Shown here: one piece after another, positions 46,293-55,753 of the stretch
Layout: each line of letters opens with the position of its first letter
Numbering within the stretch: position 1 is the first letter of the stretch
NCBI GenBank assembly: GCA_964461835.1
Contig: CAYWVO010000006.1
Coordinates: 13,998-77,997, forward strand
DNA length: 64,000 nucleotides
Direction: 5' to 3'
Source of the DNA: an uncultured Ignavibacteria bacterium
Lineage (GTDB): Bacteria > Zixibacteria > MSB-5A5 > WJJR01 > JAJRUJ01
The notes under the pieces: model-generated
Told to the model about the DNA's origin: nothing
The model's database searches: none
What the model saw: only the letters and a program-made list of their open reading frames with translations
Made by a program: the position numbers and the translations under genes

Positions 46293-48359
46293 TCAGTTTC
46301 CCTTCTCATCCCCGCCTTCCAGCGGGTACTCCAGCTCATACGGTGGCGGATCACCACCGGGGCCTTGCAGATAATGGTCCATCCAGCGTTTTACCCGCAG
46401 TGCAGTGTCGTACCGCGATGAGGCTTTGCTGCTGCCGTGTCCCTCTCCCGGATAAAACACCAGCCGTACCGGCGCCTGGCCGGTGGTTTTCAAGTACCGA
46501 TACAGTTCCATCGATTGACTGGGGTGGACACGCGTGTCATTCTTGCCATGCAAAATCAACAGCGGGGTGTTTGCTTGTTGGGCGTAGTAAATGGGGCTGC
46601 GTTCCAGGTACCACTGCCAGTTTTCCCAGGGCCAGATGCGGGCGTGCACCAGATACATCTCGTTGGGGATATCCGTGGTGCCGAACTTGGAGATTAAATC
46701 AGACACGCCGACCCGCATCACACTGGCGGCAAAGTATTCGGTCAGAGCGGTAGCCGCCCAGGCCGACGCATACCCGCCGTATGAACCGCCGGTGATCCCG
46801 ACTTTATCACGGTCGACCAGACCCATATCGACCAGTGGGTCAATGGCATCGACGATATCGTTAAATTCTCCGCCAGCGTAATCGTTCTGACCCATTTTGG
46901 AAAACTCAACACCCCGGCCGGTGCTGCCGCGGTAATTGGGAATGAACATTGCATAGCCGTTGGCGGCCAACACCTGCGCCTGACGGGTGTAGGTGGTTTT
47001 CCACTCATTGCGTTCGTGCGATTCCGGGCCGCCATGAATATACATGATCAGGGGGTACCGCCGACCGGGTTGTTCATCCAGCGGATGGATTAAAATTCCC
47101 TGAAGTTCGAGACCGTCGCGCGCCTGATAGGTGAACACTTCCTGCTTGGCCAGGCGACGCGTGTCCAATTGCGGATTCACCTCGGTAAGGCGGACCACCT
47201 GCTTGGCGCCCGGTTTCCGGTAGTGGACTTCCCAGGGATATTGCGGCGTGCTGCCATCAAACGCCATACTCTCACCGTCATCGGCGACCGACAGCCCGTA
47301 CAGTACCGGTCCGCCGGGAGGTATGAGCTGTTTTTTCTCTCGTGATTTAATATCAATCTCATTCAGTGTCGTATATACACCCTCATCAGCAAGATAAATG
47401 ATCGTCTTGTTGTCTTTGAATGCGCATTCGCGGACATGGCCCATAAAATCGGGCGTGAGATTTTCCAGCGAGCCTTCGGCGACAGTTCCGACTAGCAAGC
47501 GGCCTTCTTTGGGATCGTTCAAATCAATCCCACGGGTCATTGCCACGTGCTTACCGTTCGGGCTGACCGCGATTCGGCCGAGTTTGGCGTCGTGATCGAA
47601 GGTGGTCACAATTTCACCGGAGGCGATATTAACCACATACACATTCCGCGCCATGTAGCGGTCGTCGATCAGTGGCGTGGGGGCCAGCGCCAGCACCAGA
47701 TGTTCACCATCGGGACTGAAGTGCAGCTCGGACGCCGAACCGTCGAGTTCAATTTTCCGGGGGTCCGTGTCGGAGTCCCAGGGATTGGCCACGAAGACCT
47801 CGACTGGGAAGATATCTTCCTCGTACACTTCCTGTTTGAATCCCTTCTCACGAGCGTCTTTGCTTTCTTTGGATCGTTGGGCCGAGGCAAGGAATGCAAT
47901 CCGTTGCCCGTCCGGGCTCCACTGATATTCTTTGATGCTGGTGTTGTGTTCGAGAAGTTTGCGTGATTCGCCGCCGTCGATGGGGATAACATACAGGGAT
48001 CGGTGCTGATCCTCGTCCCGTTTGGCCAGGTACGAGATATGCTGCCCGTCCGGCGTCCAATCAATTGCCCTGACAGAAACCTTGCCGGTCACGAACGGTC
48101 GTGAGTTTCCATCAATATCGCAGACATGCAAATCGGACCACCCGGGAGCGTTTTCATCCTCAAATGGCGTGCGCGGTACATACAGGCGGTAGGCAATGTA
48201 ATGACCATCGGGTGAAATCACGGCGTTGTACACGTATTTCATCGTGACCACGTCTTCGATCGTAAATACCGAGTCTGTATCCTGAGCAGGCGATACGGCC
48301 AAGAGAAATGCTAGCAAAATAACGCTGCTAAATGCAGCGGTGCGGATTCTGACAAACAT
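46293..48359 (-). CDS. Secreted S9-family serine peptidase (beta-propeller plus alpha/beta hydrolase; acylaminoacyl-peptidase-like)
   Basis: A signal peptide follows a GGGAGG RBS. Has the nucleophile elbow GGSYGGYA and C-terminal Asp/His. Confidence 0.85.
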   Translation of the reverse strand: MFVRIRTAAFSSVILLAFLLAVSPAQDTDSVFTIEDVVTMKYVYNAVISPDGHYIAYRLYVPRTPFEDENAPGWSDLHVCDIDGNSRPFVTGKVSVRAIDWTPDGQHISYLAKRDEDQHRSLYVIPIDGGESRKLLEHNTSIKEYQWSPDGQRIAFLASAQRSKESKDAREKGFKQEVYEEDIFPVEVFVANPWDSDTDPRKIELDGSASELHFSPDGEHLVLALAPTPLIDDRYMARNVYVVNIASGEIVTTFDHDAKLGRIAVSPNGKHVAMTRGIDLNDPKEGRLLVGTVAEGSLENLTPDFMGHVRECAFKDNKTIIYLADEGVYTTLNEIDIKSREKKQLIPPGGPVLYGLSVADDGESMAFDGSTPQYPWEVHYRKPGAKQVVRLTEVNPQLDTRRLAKQEVFTYQARDGLELQGILIHPLDEQPGRRYPLIMYIHGGPESHERNEWKTTYTRQAQVLAANGYAMFIPNYRGSTGRGVEFSKMGQNDYAGGEFNDIVDAIDPLVDMGLVDRDKVGITGGSYGGYASAWAATALTEYFAASVMRVGVSDLISKFGTTDIPNEMYLVHARIWPWENWQWYLERSPIYYAQQANTPLLILHGKNDTRVHPSQSMELYRYLKTTGQAPVRLVFYPGEGHGSSKASSRYDTALRVKRWMDHYLQGPGGDPPPYELEYPLEGGDEKGN

Positions 48360-48663
48360 CGTATCCTCCCCGAAGTTTCCGGCATGATTGTCACCCGGCA
48401 ATGAGACTATTTCAATATCCTGAACGCGCAAGATACCGAATTCGAACCGGAAATTCCAATGCCGGGAGCAGTTGGGTGACAATACTTAGGAAGAGTGTTG
48501 AAAAAAAGCGGTAATGTCAGATTTGTGGTAGGTCGGTGTTCCGAGTCCGGGCCGCCGTGGCGGACCAAACGAGAAACCCGAAACCAACCCAACGATTTAC
48601 AAATGTCGGGTTTTTCGGTATGCTGCGCATTCCTCGGAACCCGACCTATGAAAGGCTGGTATC

Positions 48664-49008
48664 TCAACGGTCTTTGCGGGCAAGGTAATTGTAAGGGTCA
48701 AAATACGAGTGCCAGAGTGTATCCGATGATCCAAACAGGTTCTCACCATAAAAATAATCGACCACCACCTCCCGCAGCCGGGCAAACTCTTTAAGGCGGG
48801 AATAAGTGGTCTGCGCATCCAGGCTCAGGTGCAGAAGTTCCAGCGCGCGTTCCACTGCCGCTTGTGCGTGCTCTCGTTTCCCTTTGCGGCGCCAGGTGAG
48901 GGCACGGATGACGTCATTGCCGATGTTGGCCATCTGTTCAGCGATTGACAATTGTCGCCAGCGCTCCAGCGTCAGCCGCTGGTGGTAACGATTTATCGGC
49001 TGATCCAC
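48664..49008 (-). CDS. Hypothetical protein of 114 aa, possibly HEPN-like (Rx4-6H-like RRKGKREH)
   Basis: Overlaps the upstream small ORF by 16 bp. The family assignment is speculative. Confidence 0.35.
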   Translation of the reverse strand: MDQPINRYHQRLTLERWRQLSIAEQMANIGNDVIRALTWRRKGKREHAQAAVERALELLHLSLDAQTTYSRLKEFARLREVVVDYFYGENLFGSSDTLWHSYFDPYNYLARKDR

Positions 49009-49334
49009 TGTTCGGTCACCGCAACAATTCGCTCTTGTGTTTGTTCATCCTCCACAAAACGGCTCACGTTTCCTTGTGAAGGTCTGATATTGATCAGTGA
49101 ATCAAATTCGAGGAAATCGTCACCGGTTTCATCGGGATAGAAATTGATTCCCCAGAGGTTCTTTTGAGCGGAACCGTCCTCCAGCAACAATGATTCCAAA
49201 TCGGCATGCATCTCGGCATCAAGCGCAATAAGTTCCCGGTCCACGTCCACGACGGCCTTAACCATCGTGCCGAAGGAATTTCGCGCTATCCGCTGCAAAT
49301 CCGCGATGGTAATCGGCGATTTTATCACCTGCAT
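48993..49334 (-). CDS. Hypothetical protein of 113 aa
   Basis: First gene of a two-gene overlapping pair. No recognisable domain. Confidence 0.35.
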   Translation of the reverse strand: MQVIKSPITIADLQRIARNSFGTMVKAVVDVDRELIALDAEMHADLESLLLEDGSAQKNLWGINFYPDETGDDFLEFDSLINIRPSQGNVSRFVEDEQTQERIVAVTEQWISR

Positions 49335-49517
49335 GTTTTTCCCTGGTCTTTAGATATACGGCTTTACCCGACGTCACCGGTGAGAAGATAATAGTATTCG
49401 ATCAACCGGGCAAGCAGGCGCACAGGTAACATTGCGGGCCTATACAGCCCTGCCGGGTGCGTATACTCATGATGTCGACAAGACCGACTGCATCGGGTTG
49501 ATACAAGGATTCCGGCA

Positions 49518-51476
49518 ATGGCTGAAAATTTTCAATTTGGCGGAGAGATCGTCTGGCGGCCTTCGGCGGAGGATATCAGCCACAGTAACCTGTCTGCCTT
49601 TATGAAACGGCACGGGATTGGCTCATTCGCAGAATTGATGCACCGCTCCACCGACGATATCGCCTGGTTTACCGAGGCAGTGCTCGAATTTCTCAATATC
49701 CGTTTCGACCAGCCCTACTCGCAGGTCGTCGACCTTTCGCGGGGCGTGCAGTTTCCCCGTTGGTGTGTGGATGGTAAGATGAATATCGCCGCTAACTGTG
49801 TTAACAAATGGGCGGCAGAGCCGGACACCCGAAAACGCCCGGCGGTTCTCTGGGAGGGTGAAGATGGCACTGTACGATCGCTTACGTATAAGGAATTATC
49901 TCAAGAGGTTAACCGCTGCGCCAATGCCCTGCGGACACTCGGATTCGGCAAAGGAGAGGTGATCGGGCTGTGTATGCCGATGACCCCTGAGATTGTGATT
50001 GCCCTTCTCGCTGTCGCCAAAATCGGCGCGATCATTCTGCCGTTGTTTTCCGGTTTCGGCGCCCAGGCAATTGTGACCCGGCTTGCCGACGCCGAGGCGT
50101 CCGGGTTATTCACCGCCGATGGATTTTTCCGTCGCGGCAGACCGATCAACCTGAAACATATCGCTGACGATGCACTCAGCAAAGTGCCGACGGTCAGGCA
50201 GGTCATTGTGCTCAAGCACGCCAATCTGGACGTTCCGCTGCTGGAGGGGCGCGATCATTGGTGGCATGACCTTATCCCACCTCAGTCTGCGGAAGCCACC
50301 TGCGAACCAACTGCCGCGGAAGACCCGGTGATGTTGATTTATACCTCCGGCACCACCGGCAAACCCAAAGGTACCGTGCACACACATTGTGGATTTCCGG
50401 TAAAAGCCGCTCAGGATATGGCTTTCGGTACGGATATTCATCCCGGGGATATAATCTACTGGATGACTGACATGGGCTGGATGATGGGGCCCTGGCTGGT
50501 GTTTGGCTCGACGCTGCTTGGAGCCGCGTGTTTTCTCTACGATGGTGCCCCGGATTACCCGACGGCGGATCGTCTTTGGCGGATGGTAGAAACACATCAC
50601 ATCAACATAGTCGGTCTCGCCCCAACCTTCGTCCGGTTACTGATCCGCCACGGGGAGGAGTTGATCGCCGGGCATGATCTGTCGTCTTTGCGAGCGTTTG
50701 CCTCGACCAGTGAACCGTGGGACCCGGAATCATGGCTGTGGTTGTTCGAGAAGGTCGGCCAGCGCAAACGGCCGATTATCAACTATTCCGGGGGAACGGA
50801 AATCAGTGGCGGGATTGTGATGGGTAATCCGCTGCTGCCGTTGAAGCCGGCGGCGTTTTCCGCACCCTGTCCGGGGATTGCCGCTGATGTAGTCGATGAA
50901 GAGGCTAAATCGGTCCGCAACGAAGTGGGGGAGCTGGTGATCAAAAAACCGTGGATCGGGATGACCCGCAGTTTCTGGCGGGATGACCAGCGGTATCTCA
51001 ACACCTACTGGAGCCGCTGGGAAAATGTCTGGGTGCATGTCGACTGGGCGGCGGTTGATGAGGATAACTTGTGGTATATCCTCGGGCGTTCGGATGATAC
51101 GATCAAAGTTGCCGGTAAACGAGTCGGCCCCGCAGAGGTGGAGGCGATCCTGGTTTCGCATGACGCGGTCACTGAAGCCGCGGTGATTGGCATCCCGCAC
51201 ACGATGAAAGGCAGCGAGGTGGTCGGCTTTTGCGTGCTTAAGCCTGAGATCAAATCTAACAATCACCTGGCCACCGAATTGCAGACCCGGGTGGCGCAGC
51301 AGATGGGACATCCACTGCGCCCCGCCAAAATCGAATTTGTGCAGGATCTGCCCAAGACCCGCAATTTGAAAATCATGCGCCGGATAATCCGCAGCGCCTA
51401 TCTGGGCGAATCTGTCGGCGACATTTCCAGTCTGGTCAACCCGGAGGCGGTGGAGGAGATTGGGGGGCTGCGATAG
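49518..51476 (+). CDS. AMP-forming acyl-CoA synthetase (acetyl-/acetoacetyl-CoA synthetase family)
   Basis: Has the AMP-binding motif YTSGTTGKPKG. Length 652 aa. The N-terminus resembles acetoacetyl-CoA synthetases. Confidence 0.9.
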   Translation: MAENFQFGGEIVWRPSAEDISHSNLSAFMKRHGIGSFAELMHRSTDDIAWFTEAVLEFLNIRFDQPYSQVVDLSRGVQFPRWCVDGKMNIAANCVNKWAAEPDTRKRPAVLWEGEDGTVRSLTYKELSQEVNRCANALRTLGFGKGEVIGLCMPMTPEIVIALLAVAKIGAIILPLFSGFGAQAIVTRLADAEASGLFTADGFFRRGRPINLKHIADDALSKVPTVRQVIVLKHANLDVPLLEGRDHWWHDLIPPQSAEATCEPTAAEDPVMLIYTSGTTGKPKGTVHTHCGFPVKAAQDMAFGTDIHPGDIIYWMTDMGWMMGPWLVFGSTLLGAACFLYDGAPDYPTADRLWRMVETHHINIVGLAPTFVRLLIRHGEELIAGHDLSSLRAFASTSEPWDPESWLWLFEKVGQRKRPIINYSGGTEISGGIVMGNPLLPLKPAAFSAPCPGIAADVVDEEAKSVRNEVGELVIKKPWIGMTRSFWRDDQRYLNTYWSRWENVWVHVDWAAVDEDNLWYILGRSDDTIKVAGKRVGPAEVEAILVSHDAVTEAAVIGIPHTMKGSEVVGFCVLKPEIKSNNHLATELQTRVAQQMGHPLRPAKIEFVQDLPKTRNLKIMRRIIRSAYLGESVGDISSLVNPEAVEEIGGLR

Positions 51477-51564
51477 GACAAGTAATTTTGCTTCCAGGAG
51501 AAAAATGATATGGTTATGCTACCAGAAATGAGTATATAATTTTGAAGAATTGCCGGGGACTCAA

Positions 51565-52347
51565 ATGGCGCAGGTATCAAAAATAGAATGGACCGAATGC
51601 ACATGGAATCCGGTGACCGGGTGCGATAAAGTCAGCGCTGGATGTAAATATTGCTATGCAGAGGTTATGGCGCGACGCCTTAAAGCAATGGGGAACCCCC
51701 GATACCTCAATGGCTTCAACATTACGATTCACTGGGAAGTCTTAAACCAGCCGAAGCGATGGCGAAAACCCCGAATTATCTTTGTCAATTCAATGAGTGA
51801 CCTGTTTCATGAAGATGTCCCGCGGGATTTTATTCAAGCCGCCTTCGCGGTTATGAATGATTGCCCACAACACACCTTTCAAGTACTAACCAAGAGACCT
51901 CAAAGAGCCGCAGAGCTGGCGCCAGATTTGCCTTGGTCAAACAATATCTGGCTCGGCACCAGCGTTGAGAATCAACAGACCATACATAGAATACATCAAC
52001 TTCGCCGTATTCCTGCGCATATTCGCTTCCTTTCACTGGAACCGTTATTGGGTCGGATCAATCGCGTGCCATTACAGGGGATTCATTGGGTGATTGTGGG
52101 GGGAGAATCCGGCCCGCAGTCCCGGCCGATGGATCCCGAGTGGGTCAGAGTAATCCGTGATCGATGCTTACGTTATTCCGTGCCGTTCTTCTTCAAGCAG
52201 TGGGGTGGAAAGAACAAGAAGAAAGCGGGCCGGGAACTCGATGGAGAGTTTTGGGATCAGATCCCCGGTAACGGTAATGGGAATTCGGGGGATGTTGTAA
52301 ATGGGCGACAAACTTCCCACAACCTGGGAAACTCCGGAGCATACTAA
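51565..52347 (+). CDS. Phage Gp37/Gp68 family protein (DUF5131, three-Cys-motif)
   Basis: Has the N-terminal [27 protein letters not shown] signature. GC is low. The called ORF begins at a TTG at 51550. Confidence 0.8.
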   Translation: MAQVSKIEWTECTWNPVTGCDKVSAGCKYCYAEVMARRLKAMGNPRYLNGFNITIHWEVLNQPKRWRKPRIIFVNSMSDLFHEDVPRDFIQAAFAVMNDCPQHTFQVLTKRPQRAAELAPDLPWSNNIWLGTSVENQQTIHRIHQLRRIPAHIRFLSLEPLLGRINRVPLQGIHWVIVGGESGPQSRPMDPEWVRVIRDRCLRYSVPFFFKQWGGKNKKKAGRELDGEFWDQIPGNGNGNSGDVVNGRQTSHNLGNSGAY

Positions 52348-53431
52348 AGCAAAACATCGGATAATTGCGACCTATCTCAAAGCCTGGATTCCAATTTTGT
52401 CCTATCAATTGAGGAATTACGGTATTCCGGGTAATGAACCGGTTATTGTCGATGGCTTCGCTGGACCAGGAATATATGCTGACGGGGTTGAAGGGAGCCC
52501 CATAATCGCCCTCAGAACCGCAGCAAGTTACGATCCACCGATACCAGTTCCTATTCGATTCATCTTCATCGAAAGAGACGAAAATCGGCATGAGTCTCTT
52601 GTTAATTCAATCGAAGATTTGAAATCAGAATATCCTGGATTGGAAATGAGCTGTAACATATTGCCCCCGATATGCGGAGAGTGTGACATCGAAATAAGAT
52701 CCGCAATTGATGTTTGTTTTGGGAAGGATGTGGCCGAGGTAGGGCCGGCGTTTTTCCTGTTAGATCAGTTCGGGTACTCACACGTGCCCATGGAATTGGT
52801 GTCTCTCATTATGAGTCATAAAATGTGCGAGGTTTTGACATTGGTAAATTGGAACGGCATGCAGAGATTCTTGGATCAAGAAAGAATCCGTCCCGCAATA
52901 AACGCCACATATGGTGATGAAGAATGGCATGTGGTGTTCGACCTTTCTCGCGATATGCGCGCCGCCTATATGCTGGAAGAATATGAGAAAGCCCTGTATA
53001 GAAACGCCGGCATAGAGTATGTGCTGCATTTTACCATGTGTGATCGGGGAAACAGGCCGATTTATTGGCTCTTTTTTGGGACGAATCACATCGAGGGACT
53101 GCGGGCCATGAAGAAGGCCCTTATTGACGAAGCCCCAAATGGCGACTATCGGTTCTCTGACAAATATGACTCTGGCAATTTGCCTCTACTTTCTGATTAT
53201 GATTACAATATTGATGCAAGCCATCTCCTGGCTCATTTCCGAGGACAGACAGTACAAACATCCGAGGTGGAAAAATTCGTTCTTCTCAAAACCCCTCATC
53301 GCCTCTTCAGGAAAGCTCTACGGGAGTTGTTGCGATCTGAAGAGCTGATCATAATCGAGTCTCCCAGTAATTACCGGCCTGGCACCTTCCGGAAAGATGA
53401 CCTGAAAAATATAGTCATTCGATTTAATTAG
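52301..53431 (+). CDS. Three-Cys-motif partner protein TcmP-like
   Basis: It sits immediately downstream of, and overlapping, the DUF5131 gene. The N-terminus W..P..HT.AKH.II..YL is consistent with the TcmP family. Length 376 aa. Confidence 0.7.
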   Translation: MGDKLPTTWETPEHTKAKHRIIATYLKAWIPILSYQLRNYGIPGNEPVIVDGFAGPGIYADGVEGSPIIALRTAASYDPPIPVPIRFIFIERDENRHESLVNSIEDLKSEYPGLEMSCNILPPICGECDIEIRSAIDVCFGKDVAEVGPAFFLLDQFGYSHVPMELVSLIMSHKMCEVLTLVNWNGMQRFLDQERIRPAINATYGDEEWHVVFDLSRDMRAAYMLEEYEKALYRNAGIEYVLHFTMCDRGNRPIYWLFFGTNHIEGLRAMKKALIDEAPNGDYRFSDKYDSGNLPLLSDYDYNIDASHLLAHFRGQTVQTSEVEKFVLLKTPHRLFRKALRELLRSEELIIIESPSNYRPGTFRKDDLKNIVIRFN

Positions 53432-53646
53432 TATCCCAATTGATGCCCTGGTGATCCCAACGCGTGCGGTGGATTTAGATTGCGGTGCCTGGAAACCACG
53501 CACCCTACGTTTCCTATTGGCAGGTGAGGAGGTCCGCCAACCACAAACAGTGTTAGCTCCCAAGAGCTGACCACCACGAACAAATACGAAGTCAACACCA
53601 CGTCCCTTGCTTGCTAACGGAACTCGGCGGCTCCAGCCGATAACGC

Positions 53647-54564
53647 CTACGGCTTCCCAAAATCTCGCGGCAGCAGGGTCACCGGCTCGGTACCGCCCGC
53701 GATTTCCCGTTGAGCCCGCCGCAAATCCGCAATTACCTCATCGGCTCGCTGGTACCGCAGCGCCGGGTCCTTTTCAAAACATTTGGAGAGAATATGCCGG
53801 ATACCCAGCGGAATGCCGCCGCGATACTGCTCCGGCGGTACCGGGGGCTCCTTCGCAATTTTCCGGGCGATATCCAGAGAACCGGTGCCGGGAAACGGCC
53901 GCTGGCGGGTGATCAATTCATAGAAAAGTGAACCCAGCGAGAATAGATCGGATCGTTGATCGATATCCTCGCCGCGTACCTGTTCTGGTGACATGAAGGA
54001 AACGGTCCCCAAGGTAGAACCGTCCTCAATGAGCTCTTCGTCCGTATCCCCCTTCGCCAAACCGAAATCGAGGATTTTTGCCCGACCGTCCGGCGTCACG
54101 ATGACATTAGATGGTTTGATATCCCGGTGAACGATTCCGGCTTGATGTGCGGCGGCGAGGCCGGAAGCAATCTGAGTCATGACTTCAATCGCACGCTCAA
54201 AGGACATCACCCCATGTTGGATCATCTTCGTGAGTGATTCGCCCTCCACTAGTTCCATGGCAATAAACAGTTGTGCCTGGTGGACACCGACTTCATAGAC
54301 CGTGACAATATTGGGATGATTGAGGGACGCAGTGGCGAAGGCTTCCCGTTTCAGCCGCTCCTGTCCTCCCCGGTCCGCCGCGTGCCGCGGTGAGAGGACT
54401 TTGAGGGCTACTTTTCGCCGCAGGGTGATATCCCGGGCCAGAAAGACCTCCCCCATTCCGCCGGCGCCAATTTTTGTCTGGACCGTGAAATGAGAAACCT
54501 GTGCCCCCTCGCTAATGGGGATGAATCGTTGTGGTTTGTTGTTGTGGCTGAGTTTTTTGGCCAC
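53647..54564 (-). CDS. Eukaryotic-like Ser/Thr protein kinase (kinase domain only)
   Basis: Has the catalytic loop HRDIKPSN, the DFG motif (DFGLAK), the VAIK-like lysine (KVALKVL) and the activation segment GTVSFMSPE. Confidence 0.9.
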   Translation of the reverse strand: MAKKLSHNNKPQRFIPISEGAQVSHFTVQTKIGAGGMGEVFLARDITLRRKVALKVLSPRHAADRGGQERLKREAFATASLNHPNIVTVYEVGVHQAQLFIAMELVEGESLTKMIQHGVMSFERAIEVMTQIASGLAAAHQAGIVHRDIKPSNVIVTPDGRAKILDFGLAKGDTDEELIEDGSTLGTVSFMSPEQVRGEDIDQRSDLFSLGSLFYELITRQRPFPGTGSLDIARKIAKEPPVPPEQYRGGIPLGIRHILSKCFEKDPALRYQRADEVIADLRRAQREIAGGTEPVTLLPRDFGKP

Positions 54565-54737
54565 GGGTCATCCGCCGGATTTCGTTTTCGCTCAAACGCC
54601 TATGGTAGAACCAGGTAGTGGACCGGGCAAGATGAAAATACCTCCCCTCAAAATACGCTCTCGGGGGGCGCAGCAGGCGGTTTGGATTCTCCGTATCTCC
54701 TGAGTATAATACGGGCTTAGGAGCGGGAGGTCACGCA

Positions 54738-55703
54738 ATGGGCGATACAACCGACATCCCCCTGCGGGTCGGGGTCAGCACCTGCCTGCTGGGAGAGCGG
54801 GTACGCCACGACGGTGGGCATAAACTCGACCGCTTCGTGACCAATATCCTGGCTGACTACTTTTCGTTCTATCCGGTCTGTCCGGAGGTCGAAGTCGGTA
54901 TGCCGACCCCGCGTGAGGCAGTCCGTCTGGTGGGAAAGCCGGATAATCCCCGCCTGGTCGGCCGCAGGACCGGCACCGAATGGACCGATCAGATGCGCAA
55001 GTACACCGCACGGCGAGTAGGCGAGCTGGAAAAACAACGTTTGAGCGGGTATATCTTCCAGAAAGGGTCCCCCAGTTGCGGGATCGAACGGGTCAAAGTC
55101 TATACCGCGGGTGGTCACCCGGGGGCGACGGGCGCCGGGATGTTTGCCCGGGCGGTCATGGAGCGCTACCCCCTGCTGCCGGTCGAGGACGAGGGACGGC
55201 TCAACGATAACCGGCTGCGGGAGAACTTTATCGAGCGGGTCTTTGCCTATCACCGGTTACAATCACACGTCCTGCGTGGACGATTCAGCCGACAGGTAGT
55301 TGTGGATTTTCACACGAGACACAAATTCCTGATCATGGCGCACAGTCAGAAACATTACCGCGAGCTGGGCAAGCTGGTGGCGGCGATTGCCGATTACCAA
55401 CCGGCCGAGTTCCGCGATTTGTATGCCACCCGGTTTATGGAGGCGATGGCAATCAAAGCGAATCCCAAAAAGCATACCAATGTACTCCTGCATATGGTCG
55501 GGCATTTTAAGAAATCGATCACCGGCGAGGATAAGCAGTATATCCTCGGCGTGATCGAAGACTACCGCAATCAATTGGTGCCGCTGGTCGTACCATTAAC
55601 ATTGTTGAAGCATTATGTGAGCAAGTATGATACTGCGTATATCGCCGACCAGTACTATCTCAATCCCCACCCTAAAGAGCTTATGTTGCGAAACCATGTA
55701 TAG
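54738..55703 (+). CDS. DUF523 (TudS-like) plus DUF1722 protein, YbgA family
   Basis: The N-terminal VGVSTCLLGE…YPVCPEV Cys pattern is typical of DUF523. A C-terminal DUF1722-like helical region is present. Confidence 0.7.
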   Translation: MGDTTDIPLRVGVSTCLLGERVRHDGGHKLDRFVTNILADYFSFYPVCPEVEVGMPTPREAVRLVGKPDNPRLVGRRTGTEWTDQMRKYTARRVGELEKQRLSGYIFQKGSPSCGIERVKVYTAGGHPGATGAGMFARAVMERYPLLPVEDEGRLNDNRLRENFIERVFAYHRLQSHVLRGRFSRQVVVDFHTRHKFLIMAHSQKHYRELGKLVAAIADYQPAEFRDLYATRFMEAMAIKANPKKHTNVLLHMVGHFKKSITGEDKQYILGVIEDYRNQLVPLVVPLTLLKHYVSKYDTAYIADQYYLNPHPKELMLRNHV

Positions 55704-55753
55704 ACAGCCGGGCAAAACCTAACGCGAAACTGCGTGAAAAGAGGACAATACCC

